Assembly: GCA_035285545.1 (NCBI GenBank)
Contig: JAYKGY010000116.1
Coordinates: 1 to 20,448 of the forward strand
Direction of reading: 5' to 3'
DNA from: Snowella sp.
GTDB taxonomy: Bacteria; Cyanobacteriota; Cyanobacteriia; Cyanobacteriales; Microcystaceae
Length of the DNA: 20,448 nucleotides
In this document: piece by piece, positions 1 through 8,430 of the stretch
Position numbering within the stretch: the stretch's first letter is position 1
Layout: each line of letters opens with the position of its first letter
Program-made: the position numbers and the translations under genes
The notes under the pieces: model-generated
Database searches by the model: none
The model's input: the letters and a program-made list of their open reading frames with translations, nothing else
What the model was told of the DNA's origin: nothing

Positions 1-124
1 TTAATCGTTTCCGAGGCATCCTTATTCGATGGGCCAAATCTTCTCAATCCTACTTGGGCTTTATTCAGATTGCTGCTTGTTTGATCATCGGCCGCAAACT
101 TCTCACATTTTTCGGATAGGTTCT
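1..124 (+). mobile_element. 3' end of an IS5-family transposase gene (frame 3..119) and right terminus of the IS; element continues beyond the left window edge
   Basis: 3..119 translates to NRFRGILIRWAKSSQSYLGFIQIAACLIIGRKLLTFFG*, matching the typical IS5-family C-terminus (W.NRFRR...RW.K....YL.F..LA...I); the stop lies inside a terminal-IR-like TTCGGATAGGTTCT followed by AA. Not in ORF track because truncated. Confidence 0.8.
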
Positions 125-347
125 AAATCATAGCTACTAATTTATGAAATTTCCTGAAAAAAGGCTTAGAACATAGTAATCAGAATAAAGGACTCCTCTT
201 GAAAAAGTAAAATGACATGGAAACAAGTCATAATGCTAGAATTTCGATTAAATCAAAGATTTTAGACTTAATGTTTTGCACGTCAAAACCAGGGAATATG
301 GGTTGAAAAGGCTTCTTGCGTAAATTCTGCTGAAATTATAAACATTG

Positions 348-382
348 AAAAAAAGCTAGATTTCGTAATCACAAAACCTAGC
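348..382 (-). terminator. Intrinsic terminator of ftsH2
   Basis: Minus strand GCTAGGTTTTGT-GATT-ACGAAATCTAGC (12-bp stem with two G:U) followed by T7, about 30 nt after the ftsH2 stop. Confidence 0.75.
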
Positions 383-410
383 AGGCAGATTAAATATGTA
401 GGGTTATTTT

Positions 411-2303
411 CTAATCTTGCAACTGAGGAACGAAACGTTCTTTTTCAGGAACTTCTGCATATTCGGCCACAATTCCTCGGAATTCATCGCCATCAATAGT
501 TTCCTTTTCGATGAGTAGATCTACTAAGCGGTCTACGACTTCTCGATGTTCCCGAATGATACTGCGGGCAATTTGGTGACCTTGCTCTGCGAGGGTGCGA
601 ACTTGATCATCGATGCGAGAGGCTACCTTTTCTGAATACTCTGCCCGATTCATCAAACCACCACCGAGGAAGACTTCACCGCTTGAACTTTCTAAAGATA
701 AGGGGCCAAGATTGCTCATTCCGAAACGGGTCACCATTTGACGGGCCATTTCAGTGACTTGTTGTAAGTCTCCACCTGCGCCGGTGGTCACTTCGTCATA
801 ACCAAAGACTTCTTCTTCGGCTGCCCGACCGCCCATTGCACCTGCAATTCGAGCCATCAGTTGGGCTTTGGTGGTTAATCCTTGCTCTTCATTGGGCATA
901 AACCAGGTTAAACCTTGGGCTTGTCCACGAGGAATCAGGGTGACTTTTTGGACGGGATCGTGATCTTTGAGTAATGTCCCGACGATCGCGTGGCCCACTT
1001 CATGGTAGGCAATCAAGCGTTTGCTCTTACTATCGACTAACGGTGTTCCTTCCATTCCTGCCACAACCCGATCTACTGCATCATCGATTTCTAAGAGGGT
1101 AATAGCTTCTTTACGACGACGAGCCGTGAGAATAGCCGCTTCATTCAGTAAGTTGGCTAAATCTGCGCCACTAAAGCCAGGGGTACGACGGGCGATCGCT
1201 TCTAGGGAAACATCGGAGCCTAACTTTTTATTCCGTGCATGGACATTAAGGATTTCTTGACGACCTTTAAAGTCGGGGGCATCGACAATCACTTGGCGAT
1301 CAAAACGGCCTGGACGCATTAAAGCAGAATCTAAAACATCGGGACGGTTGGTAGCTGCAATGATGATAATGCCCGTATTTCCTTCAAAACCATCCATTTC
1401 GGTCAGCAATTGGTTGAGGGTTTGTTCCCGCTCATCGTTACCGCCTCCGATACCTGCGCCCCGTTGACGACCGACGGCATCAATTTCATCGATAAAGATT
1501 AGACAAGGTGCATTTTCTTTGGCTTTTTTGAAGAGGTCACGAACGCGAGATGCACCTACCCCAACAAACATTTCCACAAATTCTGAACCCGAAATGCTGA
1601 AGAAAGGAACTCCCGCTTCTCCCGCGATCGCTTTGGCTAATAACGTTTTTCCAGTTCCAGGGGGGCCGACTAATAAAACGCCCTTGGGAATTTTGGCTCC
1701 AACAGCGGTAAAGCGTTCAGGTTGCTTAAGGAAGGTGACAACCTCTTGGAGTTCTTCTTTGGCTTCATCAATACCCGCGACATCATCAAACATCACGCCG
1801 GTTTTGGCTTCCATTTGGAAACGGGCTTTGGATTTCCCAAAGTTCATGGCTTGTCCTGGCCCGCCTGGCAAGTTATTGGAGCGACGGAACAGGAAGAACA
1901 AAGAACCAATTAATAAAACAGGGAAAATTAAATTTCCCAACAGTCCCCAGAGCATGCCATCATTGCGGACAGGATGGGACTCTAGAATCACGTTAGAATT
2001 GCGGAGTTGAGTGATTAAATCAGGCGCATTAGAGGGTAAATCAACCCGTGAACGAATCAGACGATTTTCCAGATCGGCATCACTAACTTGAACGATCGCC
2101 GTCCGTCCTCCTTCATAGAGATCCACACTCACGACCCGACCGGAATTGAGATATTCCAAGAATCGTCCGTAGGTCATGCGAGTATTGGCGGTATTGCTCC
2201 CCATGTTTCCACCCGCATTGCCGACCGTTCCTTGCCAAAGAAAGAAGCCGACGACGAGGGCTGGCAGCAACCACAGCGCAACTGTTTTCCAAGATAATTT
2301 CAT
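411..2303 (-). CDS. ftsH2: ATP-dependent zinc metalloprotease FtsH2 (thylakoid, PSII D1 turnover)
   Basis: 630 aa; two N-terminal TM segments, Walker A GPPGTGKT, Walker [37 protein letters not shown] zinc motif; N-terminus [25 protein letters not shown] resembles Synechocystis Slr0228 (FtsH2). Confidence 0.95.
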   Translation of the reverse strand: MKLSWKTVALWLLPALVVGFFLWQGTVGNAGGNMGSNTANTRMTYGRFLEYLNSGRVVSVDLYEGGRTAIVQVSDADLENRLIRSRVDLPSNAPDLITQLRNSNVILESHPVRNDGMLWGLLGNLIFPVLLIGSLFFLFRRSNNLPGGPGQAMNFGKSKARFQMEAKTGVMFDDVAGIDEAKEELQEVVTFLKQPERFTAVGAKIPKGVLLVGPPGTGKTLLAKAIAGEAGVPFFSISGSEFVEMFVGVGASRVRDLFKKAKENAPCLIFIDEIDAVGRQRGAGIGGGNDEREQTLNQLLTEMDGFEGNTGIIIIAATNRPDVLDSALMRPGRFDRQVIVDAPDFKGRQEILNVHARNKKLGSDVSLEAIARRTPGFSGADLANLLNEAAILTARRRKEAITLLEIDDAVDRVVAGMEGTPLVDSKSKRLIAYHEVGHAIVGTLLKDHDPVQKVTLIPRGQAQGLTWFMPNEEQGLTTKAQLMARIAGAMGGRAAEEEVFGYDEVTTGAGGDLQQVTEMARQMVTRFGMSNLGPLSLESSSGEVFLGGGLMNRAEYSEKVASRIDDQVRTLAEQGHQIARSIIREHREVVDRLVDLLIEKETIDGDEFRGIVAEYAEVPEKERFVPQLQD

Positions 2304-2459
2304 GAGTTTTTCTAATGATAGGTCAATTATGACGTTTGTATAGGGTGGGTTCCATTGATTTAGGCTGAAACCCTTGCTCTAAATTTAAAGAGTTTTCGCT
2401 AACGCAATTTACTCTAATTGTCAAGCCTGTTAACCTGATTTCAGGCTATCGTGAAGGAT

Positions 2460-2477
2460 ATCTTAACTAAATTTAAC
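2460..2477 (-). promoter_or_regulatory. HLR1-like (RpaB) direct repeat upstream of ftsH2
   Basis: Minus strand GTTAAATT-TA-GTTAAGAT, two octamers with 2-nt spacer resembling (G/T)TTACA(T/A)(T/A); imperfect match. Confidence 0.4.
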
Positions 2478-2569
2478 TTAATTCTCAGAATTAGTGCAAC
2501 TGTCTCAAAACCCTATAGGATATTTTGAGTAGCTGAATTTTTATTGTTAACTCGTCATCGTTAAACCTT

Positions 2570-2857
2570 ATGGAGAATAAAAAGCCTGAATTGGCGATCG
2601 CGGATCAATCGGTGTTGTCCCTCGTGACTGAATTGCATAGTTATTTCCGAGATATGCAGTCCTACTATCAAATTCAACACGGTCAGGTGCTAAGTAAACT
2701 GGAAGCCAATAGTGATCCTGAGATGGAAACGGCTTTACAGGAGGAATTAAAAGCGGTTAATGAAAAAATAACTTTCTTTCACGTAATTAATAATGCGATC
2801 TCAACCGTTGATACTGTTGTCCATACGGAAAACATGATTGCTGAATTTAAGTCTTAG
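2570..2857 (+). CDS. Hypothetical protein, 95 aa, helical/coiled-coil
   Basis: ATG-started ORF divergent from ftsH2, natural-looking composition, HIP1 read in the common AIA frame, 35 nt upstream of the next gene. Confidence 0.75.
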   Translation: MENKKPELAIADQSVLSLVTELHSYFRDMQSYYQIQHGQVLSKLEANSDPEMETALQEELKAVNEKITFFHVINNAISTVDTVVHTENMIAEFKS

Positions 2858-2892
2858 ATTGCTTGATATTGCTTAAACATTGGGATTGAAGT

Positions 2893-3273
2893 ATGCTAAC
2901 CCCCGTTGATACGGTTAAATTATTCAAAAGCGGCCCGGAATTGCAATTTGAAGCCGGAAAGGTTATTTTTCAGTCCGGCGCGGAAGAAAGCGTCATGTAC
3001 GGCATCGTTGAAGGAGAAGTCGAGATGTATCTCAACGGGAAACTCATTGAGACGTTAAAAGCGGAGGATGTTTTTGGAGAAGGGGCGTTGTTACATTCTG
3101 ATCACCGTCGGACTTCTACCGCGATCGCGAAAACCGACTGCTTTTTAGCCCCAATGGATCAGGAACATTTCCTGTTTGCGGTTCAACAAACCCCGATGTT
3201 TGCCATCGAAGTTATGCGGAGCTATTCGGATCGCTTCCGACGTATTAAAGATTTATTTCAAGCCTTAGTTTAA
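2893..3273 (+). CDS. Stand-alone cyclic nucleotide-binding (cNMP/Crp effector) domain protein, no HTH
   Basis: 126 aa; G.VIF..G....MY.I.EG.VE, FGEGALL...RT.TAIA phosphate-binding cassette, C-helix; ends without DNA-binding domain. Confidence 0.9.
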   Translation: MLTPVDTVKLFKSGPELQFEAGKVIFQSGAEESVMYGIVEGEVEMYLNGKLIETLKAEDVFGEGALLHSDHRRTSTAIAKTDCFLAPMDQEHFLFAVQQTPMFAIEVMRSYSDRFRRIKDLFQALV

Positions 3274-3304
3274 AATTTCACGCATCAGGTCAACACAGAA
3301 AATC

Positions 3305-3330
3305 AAGGGGTTAGGGAAACCTCTTTTTTT
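3305..3330 (+). terminator. Intrinsic terminator after the cNMP gene
   Basis: AAGGGGTT-AGGGA-AACCTCTT followed by T5, between convergent genes. Confidence 0.65.
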
Positions 3331-4897
3331 ATCGATTGGGGTTATTGAGACGATGAGCTTGGCGGAGAATACGGGTTTCTTCGATAATCCGATCAATATC
3401 GGTTTGGGATAGCTCGTTGACGTAGTTAATTTTGACTTCTTCGAGCAAATCCGTTAATAAGTTTTCAATATTATCTAAGCTTTTGCCCGCTTTCATTTCC
3501 TTATTGGTGGTTTGACTGAGATTAACCACTAAGTTTTCTAATAATTCATCAAAAACGGGATCTTCTTGCAGAAAACTTTGTAAAACCTCCAAGGTTCGTT
3601 CATAAATTTGACCAATCAGTTGGGTCATGACCTGAGCTTGCAGCGATCGCACCCCAGGCAATAGCTGTAACTGTTGATAGGGTTTGGATTGACGGAGAAC
3701 TTGATCGATATTGTAAATCAGGAATTTTTCCACATCAGGTTGTATTTGGGGTAAAACTTTGTCGATCATGACTTGAGCAACCACACGGGTAATTTCAACG
3801 ATTTCGTTTTGATCATTAATATCGACATACTTTCGTTGTTGATTTAAAAGTTCCCGCAGTTTTCCCCGACGAATCAGAGCTTGCATTTGATCAATGACGC
3901 GAATTACTAACACTTCTGTCATTTCTTCGGCAATGATGGCAACAAAGCCTTGGGCAAATTGGGTTTTAACGGGAGTCAAATTAATTAACTGGGCTTGTTC
4001 TAAACGAATCACTAAGGGAATAATACGTAACCAGCGAAAAATGGGAATGAGGAGAAAGGCATCGTACCAACGCCAGAGCATCGCATCAAACCAACTGACA
4101 TTTTTGTTGTTTTGGCTAATTACACGGGTACGCACCAAAAAATCTGCGAAAAAAAGGATAAAAAAGGGAAAGTCAAGCAGGGGAAAGTTATCGACGGGAT
4201 ACCCATTTTCCGCGATCGCGCGAAAGTAATTGACTTCAATTAAGGGACGAATCTGGCTATTAAAAAATAGGAGTTGTTCGGCCAAACCGTTCTTAAATAA
4301 ATACTCCTTTGTCCAAAAGGTCTGAAAGGCTTGGGTGGCTGAAGCTTGCGTTGTCCCAAAAACCTGAAGCCGCATTTTATTTTTCAGCGTTTCCAATGCC
4401 CCTGTTTTATTCGCTAATTGAAAGGGGTTCGTGCGGATCATATCCTCGCTGCGTTGCCGTAAATCCGCCAAAATAGATTCTAAATCGTCCCCCGAACGGG
4501 CCGTTAAATTCGGTTGATTCGGTAAGTTTGAAGCCGTATTACCTTGAATATTCGGTAAATCAGTGGGATCAATTGCCTGAATGAGATCATCAACCCGTTC
4601 TAAATATTGTTCCGTACTGCGATATGGCTCAATTCCCTTTACCCAGTCGTACCAAGGCGCGACAGAAATGGGCAAGAGTTGAAAGGGATCTGGGGGAATT
4701 TTTTGTTCAAACGGGCCGATTTTGACGAGGGTTTGCACTCTTCCCTGTAACCAAAAGTCCCGAAAAGGAATATAGCTCAGGTCAAAAAGAATTAATAAAT
4801 AGTTCAATAAAATTACGACTGCCATAAACCGTTCAAACCACAGGGGTAATATATAGGATTTGCGAGAACGGGTCGGTGAAGAGATTGGGCGAGTCAT
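3329..4897 (-). CDS. Membrane protein with ion-transport (voltage-sensor-like S1-S4) helices and long soluble helical C-terminus
   Basis: Long ORF (track start 4936 is TTG; ATG at 4897 preferred). Segments WFERFMAVVILLNYLLILFD, LLDFPFFILFFADFLVR, WYDAFLLIP, FRWLRIIPLVIRL resemble S1-S4; no evident pore helices. Confidence 0.75.
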   Translation of the reverse strand: MTRPISSPTRSRKSYILPLWFERFMAVVILLNYLLILFDLSYIPFRDFWLQGRVQTLVKIGPFEQKIPPDPFQLLPISVAPWYDWVKGIEPYRSTEQYLERVDDLIQAIDPTDLPNIQGNTASNLPNQPNLTARSGDDLESILADLRQRSEDMIRTNPFQLANKTGALETLKNKMRLQVFGTTQASATQAFQTFWTKEYLFKNGLAEQLLFFNSQIRPLIEVNYFRAIAENGYPVDNFPLLDFPFFILFFADFLVRTRVISQNNKNVSWFDAMLWRWYDAFLLIPIFRWLRIIPLVIRLEQAQLINLTPVKTQFAQGFVAIIAEEMTEVLVIRVIDQMQALIRRGKLRELLNQQRKYVDINDQNEIVEITRVVAQVMIDKVLPQIQPDVEKFLIYNIDQVLRQSKPYQQLQLLPGVRSLQAQVMTQLIGQIYERTLEVLQSFLQEDPVFDELLENLVVNLSQTTNKEMKAGKSLDNIENLLTDLLEEVKINYVNELSQTDIDRIIEETRILRQAHRLNNPNR

Positions 4898-5061
4898 AAT
4901 AACCAGAACAATAAACTTTAACCTGTATCCTATCAAGTATCAGGCGATTACGGTATTTTGGAGGAGATTGCCCAATTTTTTCAAGGGACGCGATCGCATT
5001 TATAAGGGGTTGTAACAACGAATGTAAAGACAAATAAAGAATCGTAAAAATAAAGTAATAA

Positions 5062-5092
5062 TTGACCGAATTAATGAGAGCAATGCTAATCT
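5062..5092 (+). promoter_or_regulatory. Sigma70-type promoter (TTGACC ... TGcTAATCT)
   Basis: TTGACC at 5062-5067, extended -10 TG at 5084-5085 and TAATCT at 5087-5092 (19-nt spacer); predicted TSS about 5099-5101. Confidence 0.55.
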
Positions 5093-5099
5093 AAAGAAG

Positions 5100-5415
5100 T
5101 AGGTACAAGGAAGTCAACACAATCTTCCCTAACCCCCAGAGCTTAGAGCCTGTACCACCCTGCTCTACTCTAAGTAATGTCTTTTGACGGCACCTATTTA
5201 ACACGATGGTTTAGCAATGGTTAGGTTGGTTTGTATGCCAATTTATTGTTTTTGCTCAGTCCATAGCGATTTATAACGTTAATTTGTTGGTGTTCGGATT
5301 TTCTAAAAAGGTATTACCTTCCTTAGTAAACTTTTAGTTGTTAACTTTGTCTGAAATTATTAACAGTCCAAATCGTTTGTATATGTCTTGAACCCGCCTC
5401 CTTAGGTGGGTTTAT
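5100..5415 (+). ncRNA. Candidate structured small RNA (about 315 nt), possibly with a 15-codon ORF
   Basis: Promoter upstream, multi-stem 5' domain at 5102-5174, terminator-like hairpin at 5391-5413 whose G:U pair only works on + strand; no long + strand ORF; next gene is convergent. Confidence 0.5.
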
Positions 5416-5421
5416 CATTTT
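5391..5421 (+). terminator. Terminator-like hairpin
   Basis: AACCCGCCT-CCTT-AGGTGGGTT then TATCATTTT; may also serve the convergent ABC ATPase gene. Confidence 0.6.
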
Positions 5422-5463
5422 GGGTTCAAGGGGATTACTGAAACGTTTTTATTTTTGTTCAAT

Positions 5464-6141
5464 CTACGAGCGTTCTGTTGCTAATAATCGTGCTTTCAAT
5501 GTTTGCGGATCCCCTTGCGCGACGACTTTTCCCGCTTCCAATAAAAACGCCCCATCACAGTAATTTAACTCTTCTAAACGATGGGTCACCCACAGGGCCG
5601 TCATGCCTCGATTTTTCACTAATTTTTGTACTTGAACCACTAGCTCTAATTGGGTATCGGGATCAAGTAACGCTGTTGGTTCATCCAATAACAATACTTC
5701 ACAATGCCGAGCGATCGCGCCAGCAATAGCAATCCGTTGTTTTTGTCCCCCACTCAGGGCATAGATAGGTCGCCGTTCCATCTCTAATAAATTGACTGAG
5801 GCTAAGGCTTCTCCAACTCTAGCGCGGACTTCGGGAATCGATAAGTTTTCTTTAACTAACCCAAAGGCAATATCCGCTCCAACGGTTGGCATCACCAGTT
5901 GATGATCCGGATTTTGGAAAACAAAGCCCAACGGCTCCTTCGTTTTAATCTCTCCCGATTCAGGCGACAGTAACCCCGCCAATAACCGCAATAGGGTTGA
6001 CTTCCCGCTACCATTATTGCCCAACAGCATCCAAAATTCTCCCTGCGGCACTTCCAACGAACAGGATTGCAGAATAGGGGTTTCGGGATTCCAGTTAAAA
6101 GATAAATCTTTGACGGCAATGGCAGAACTGGCTTGATTCAT
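5464..6141 (-). CDS. ABC transporter ATP-binding protein, EcfA/CbiO-like
   Basis: Walker A GNNGSGKS, Q-loop FVFQNPDHQL typical of EcfA/CbiO, signature LSGGQKQR, Walker B LLLDEPT, H-loop VTH. Confidence 0.92.
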   Translation of the reverse strand: MNQASSAIAVKDLSFNWNPETPILQSCSLEVPQGEFWMLLGNNGSGKSTLLRLLAGLLSPESGEIKTKEPLGFVFQNPDHQLVMPTVGADIAFGLVKENLSIPEVRARVGEALASVNLLEMERRPIYALSGGQKQRIAIAGAIARHCEVLLLDEPTALLDPDTQLELVVQVQKLVKNRGMTALWVTHRLEELNYCDGAFLLEAGKVVAQGDPQTLKARLLATERS

Positions 6142-6239
6142 TCTCTAGGATTGGGCGTGATAAATCGCTTTTAATGATAAGGCGATCGAGTATGATTAGC
6201 TATGAGCCAACTAAATTTGTCAGCCCAGGAGAAATTGTT

Positions 6240-6722
6240 TTGCTAGACGAACAAGCGAAAAAGACCTTACTTCGGAAAATTCCGCATGGACTCTACATTT
6301 GTGGGGTAAGAGATGGGGAAGATGTTAATGGATTTACTGCGAGTTGGGTAATGCAGGGGTCTTTTGAGCCGCCACTCGTCATTAATTGTGTTCGAGCCGA
6401 TTCCCAGTCCCACGCCATGATTAAAAATAGTGGGGTGTTCGCCTTAAGTTTTCTCGATGAAAATCAAAAAGACTTAGCCGCACAATTTTTCAAGCCCAAA
6501 CGCCGCGTAGGGAATAAGTTTGAAGAAATTGAATTTTATGAAGGCCCAGAAACAGGCTGTCCCATTATTACCGAAACCTTGGGTTATGTAGAGTGTCGCG
6601 TTGTCGGTCAGGTAGAACACGGCGATCACACGGTTTATGTGGGAGAAGTTATTGGGGCAGGCATTCATCGAGAAGGGAATCCTTTGTTATTGGAAAGTAC
6701 CGGCTGGCAGTATGGGGGATAA
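6240..6722 (+). CDS. Flavin reductase-like (DIM6/NTAB) FMN-binding protein
   Basis: Motifs NGFTASWVMQ.SFEPP and GDHTVYVGEV; probable true start TTG at 6240 (MLDEQAKK...) preceded by AGGAG; track start 6174 looks over-extended. Confidence 0.88.
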   Translation: MLDEQAKKTLLRKIPHGLYICGVRDGEDVNGFTASWVMQGSFEPPLVINCVRADSQSHAMIKNSGVFALSFLDENQKDLAAQFFKPKRRVGNKFEEIEFYEGPETGCPIITETLGYVECRVVGQVEHGDHTVYVGEVIGAGIHREGNPLLLESTGWQYGG

Positions 6723-6757
6723 TTAATAATTAATAATTAATAGTTAATAGTTAATAG
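6723..6757. repeat. Heptamer tandem repeat (TTAATAR)x5, STRR-like
   Basis: TTAATAA TTAATAA TTAATAG TTAATAG TTAATAG directly after the flavin reductase stop codon. Confidence 0.85.
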
Positions 6758-6853
6758 TTGCTATTAATAATAAAATCACGAATGATAAACGGTTAATTTT
6801 TTATTTTCAATTAATTGTTTAAGTTTAATTCAAAGCTTACTCAGAGTTGATTT

Positions 6854-7207
6854 ATGCCATTTATTAAAGTTCAAACTTCTGCGCCTATCCCTGATTCTGA
6901 CGAGACGATTGATCAAGTTTTGAAGCGTTTGTCAGCGAAATTGGCTAAGCACGTCAGTAAACCCGAATCCTATGTCATGACGACTTTTGAATCCAATGCT
7001 AAAATGACTTTCGGCGGAACGTTTGATCCCGTTTGTTATATAGAAGTCAAAAATATCGGTACCATGAGTCCTGCTCAGACTAAAGCCATGAGTGAAGATT
7101 TTTGCAATGAAATTAATCACCAATTAAACGTTCCTAAAAATCGAATTTATATTGAATTTACCAATGCAACGGGTTCGATGTGGGGCTGGAATGGGGCAAC
7201 TTTTTAG
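6854..7207 (+). CDS. MIF / phenylpyruvate tautomerase family protein
   Basis: 117 aa; catalytic N-terminal Pro (MPFIKVQTS), KPESYVM, NRIYIEF, WGWNG.TF C-terminus. Confidence 0.92.
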   Translation: MPFIKVQTSAPIPDSDETIDQVLKRLSAKLAKHVSKPESYVMTTFESNAKMTFGGTFDPVCYIEVKNIGTMSPAQTKAMSEDFCNEINHQLNVPKNRIYIEFTNATGSMWGWNGATF

Positions 7208-7463
7208 CGAGTTTTAGCTTGAAATTGACGTAATTAAAATGGATTGAGGTTACTTAACAATTTAACATTAAGCAATTTTTTGAATTGTTTGATTTTTTGC
7301 TTTAGCCACGCTAGTCCCCCTTCTCGCTCAAGATTTTAAAGTAAGTGACGTGCTCTAATTGCTCTAATATTGATGAGCTATGAATGCTGAAGTTGAGGCT
7401 ATTTCAACCAAGCTGTGAAAATTAGTGTTATTAGTAGTTATGGCAGACAATTAATCATTAAGA

Positions 7464-8207
7464 ATGACTGACCTTTCCTCGTTTCCTCTCCCTACTCCAG
7501 ATTCGTTAACCGATATTGAGCGATTAGCGGATCAATTTTTCAGTGAATCGGAAAAAAATCAACTCCCCTTAATCTCTAAGCTGGAAACTTTGGGGGAAGC
7601 CGGTTGGCAAGTGTTAATGGATTATCTGCGATCGCCGGCTGTCCAGACTTCTCATCCCAATTTAGTCACCGGAAAAGCCTATGTCGTCCTCTACAATCTT
7701 CAAGATGCCCAAGTTCAAAACTTTTTAGCGACCCATTTCCCGCAAGGAGTCATTCCCCTAACCTCCGCCCGCAACATCGATTATTCTCCGCTACAGCAAG
7801 CCCTAGCGCAACAAAAATTTGAATTAGCCGATAACCTAACCCGTGAAAAGCTATGTGAACTCGCAGGGGAAGGCGCAATCCAACGGAAATGGCTCTATTT
7901 CACTGAAGTTGAAAAGTTTCCCAGCGATGATCTCCATACCATTAATGCTCTGTGGTGGGTACATTCGGAAGGAAAGTTTGGCTTCTCTGTCCAGCGTAAA
8001 CTCTGGCTAGGCATGGGTAAGGACTTTGTAAAACTCTGGCCGAAGATTGGCTGGAAAAGTGGCAATAGCTGGACAAAATATCCCAGGGAATTTATTTGGG
8101 ACATGAGCGCACCTGTGGGGCATTTACCCTTACTCAATCAATTACGGGGCGTTCGGGTTGCGGCTTCGATCTTTTCTCACCCTGTTTGGTCTGAGCGAAA
8201 TTGGTAA
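7464..8207 (+). CDS. gun4: GUN4 (Ycf53) porphyrin-binding activator of Mg-chelatase
   Basis: N-terminal ARM-like helices plus GUN4 core: DYSPLQQAL, RKWLYFTEVEKFP, DLHTINALWWVHSEGKFGFSVQRKLW, APVGHLPLLNQLRG. Confidence 0.93.
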   Translation: MTDLSSFPLPTPDSLTDIERLADQFFSESEKNQLPLISKLETLGEAGWQVLMDYLRSPAVQTSHPNLVTGKAYVVLYNLQDAQVQNFLATHFPQGVIPLTSARNIDYSPLQQALAQQKFELADNLTREKLCELAGEGAIQRKWLYFTEVEKFPSDDLHTINALWWVHSEGKFGFSVQRKLWLGMGKDFVKLWPKIGWKSGNSWTKYPREFIWDMSAPVGHLPLLNQLRGVRVAASIFSHPVWSERNW

Positions 8208-8291
8208 ACTACCCGCCTGTTGATTGACAAATCAAGCCAGAAGATTAATATATAACTATATAGTTTTTGTTTAAAAAGCTAACGATTAATG

Positions 8292-8320
8292 TTACCGATG
8301 CAACAGTCGGTAAAGTTTTT
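8292..8320 (+). terminator. Hairpin between gun4 and MFS gene (terminator or operator)
   Basis: TTACCGA-TGCAACAG-TCGGTAA followed by AGTTTTT. Confidence 0.35.
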
Positions 8321-8430
8321 GAATGCTTTAAATATTTTAATGAATTAAAAGAATCGGCCTTGTTTGTCCTATTCCTGTCCAATAATGAATCCAACCCCTT
8401 GATTGAGAGGGATTACGGTAATTAGCAGTT

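Noticed and set aside
300..310. GGGTTGAAAAG resembles the end of type V-K (CAST) repeats
   Set aside because: Isolated short match, no array, tracrRNA or tns genes.
1021..2297. Plus-strand ORFs 1021..1260, 1519..2010, 1722..1913, 2088..2297
   Set aside because: Antisense shadows of ftsH2 with no recognisable motifs.
5430..5444. GGGGATTACTGAAAC resembles the 3' end of a CRISPR repeat
   Set aside because: Single copy, no repeat-spacer periodicity, no cas genes in the window.
6174..6239. N-terminal extension of the flavin reductase ORF
   Set aside because: Would leave only 32 nt for two divergent promoters; AGGAG before TTG 6240 is a better start.
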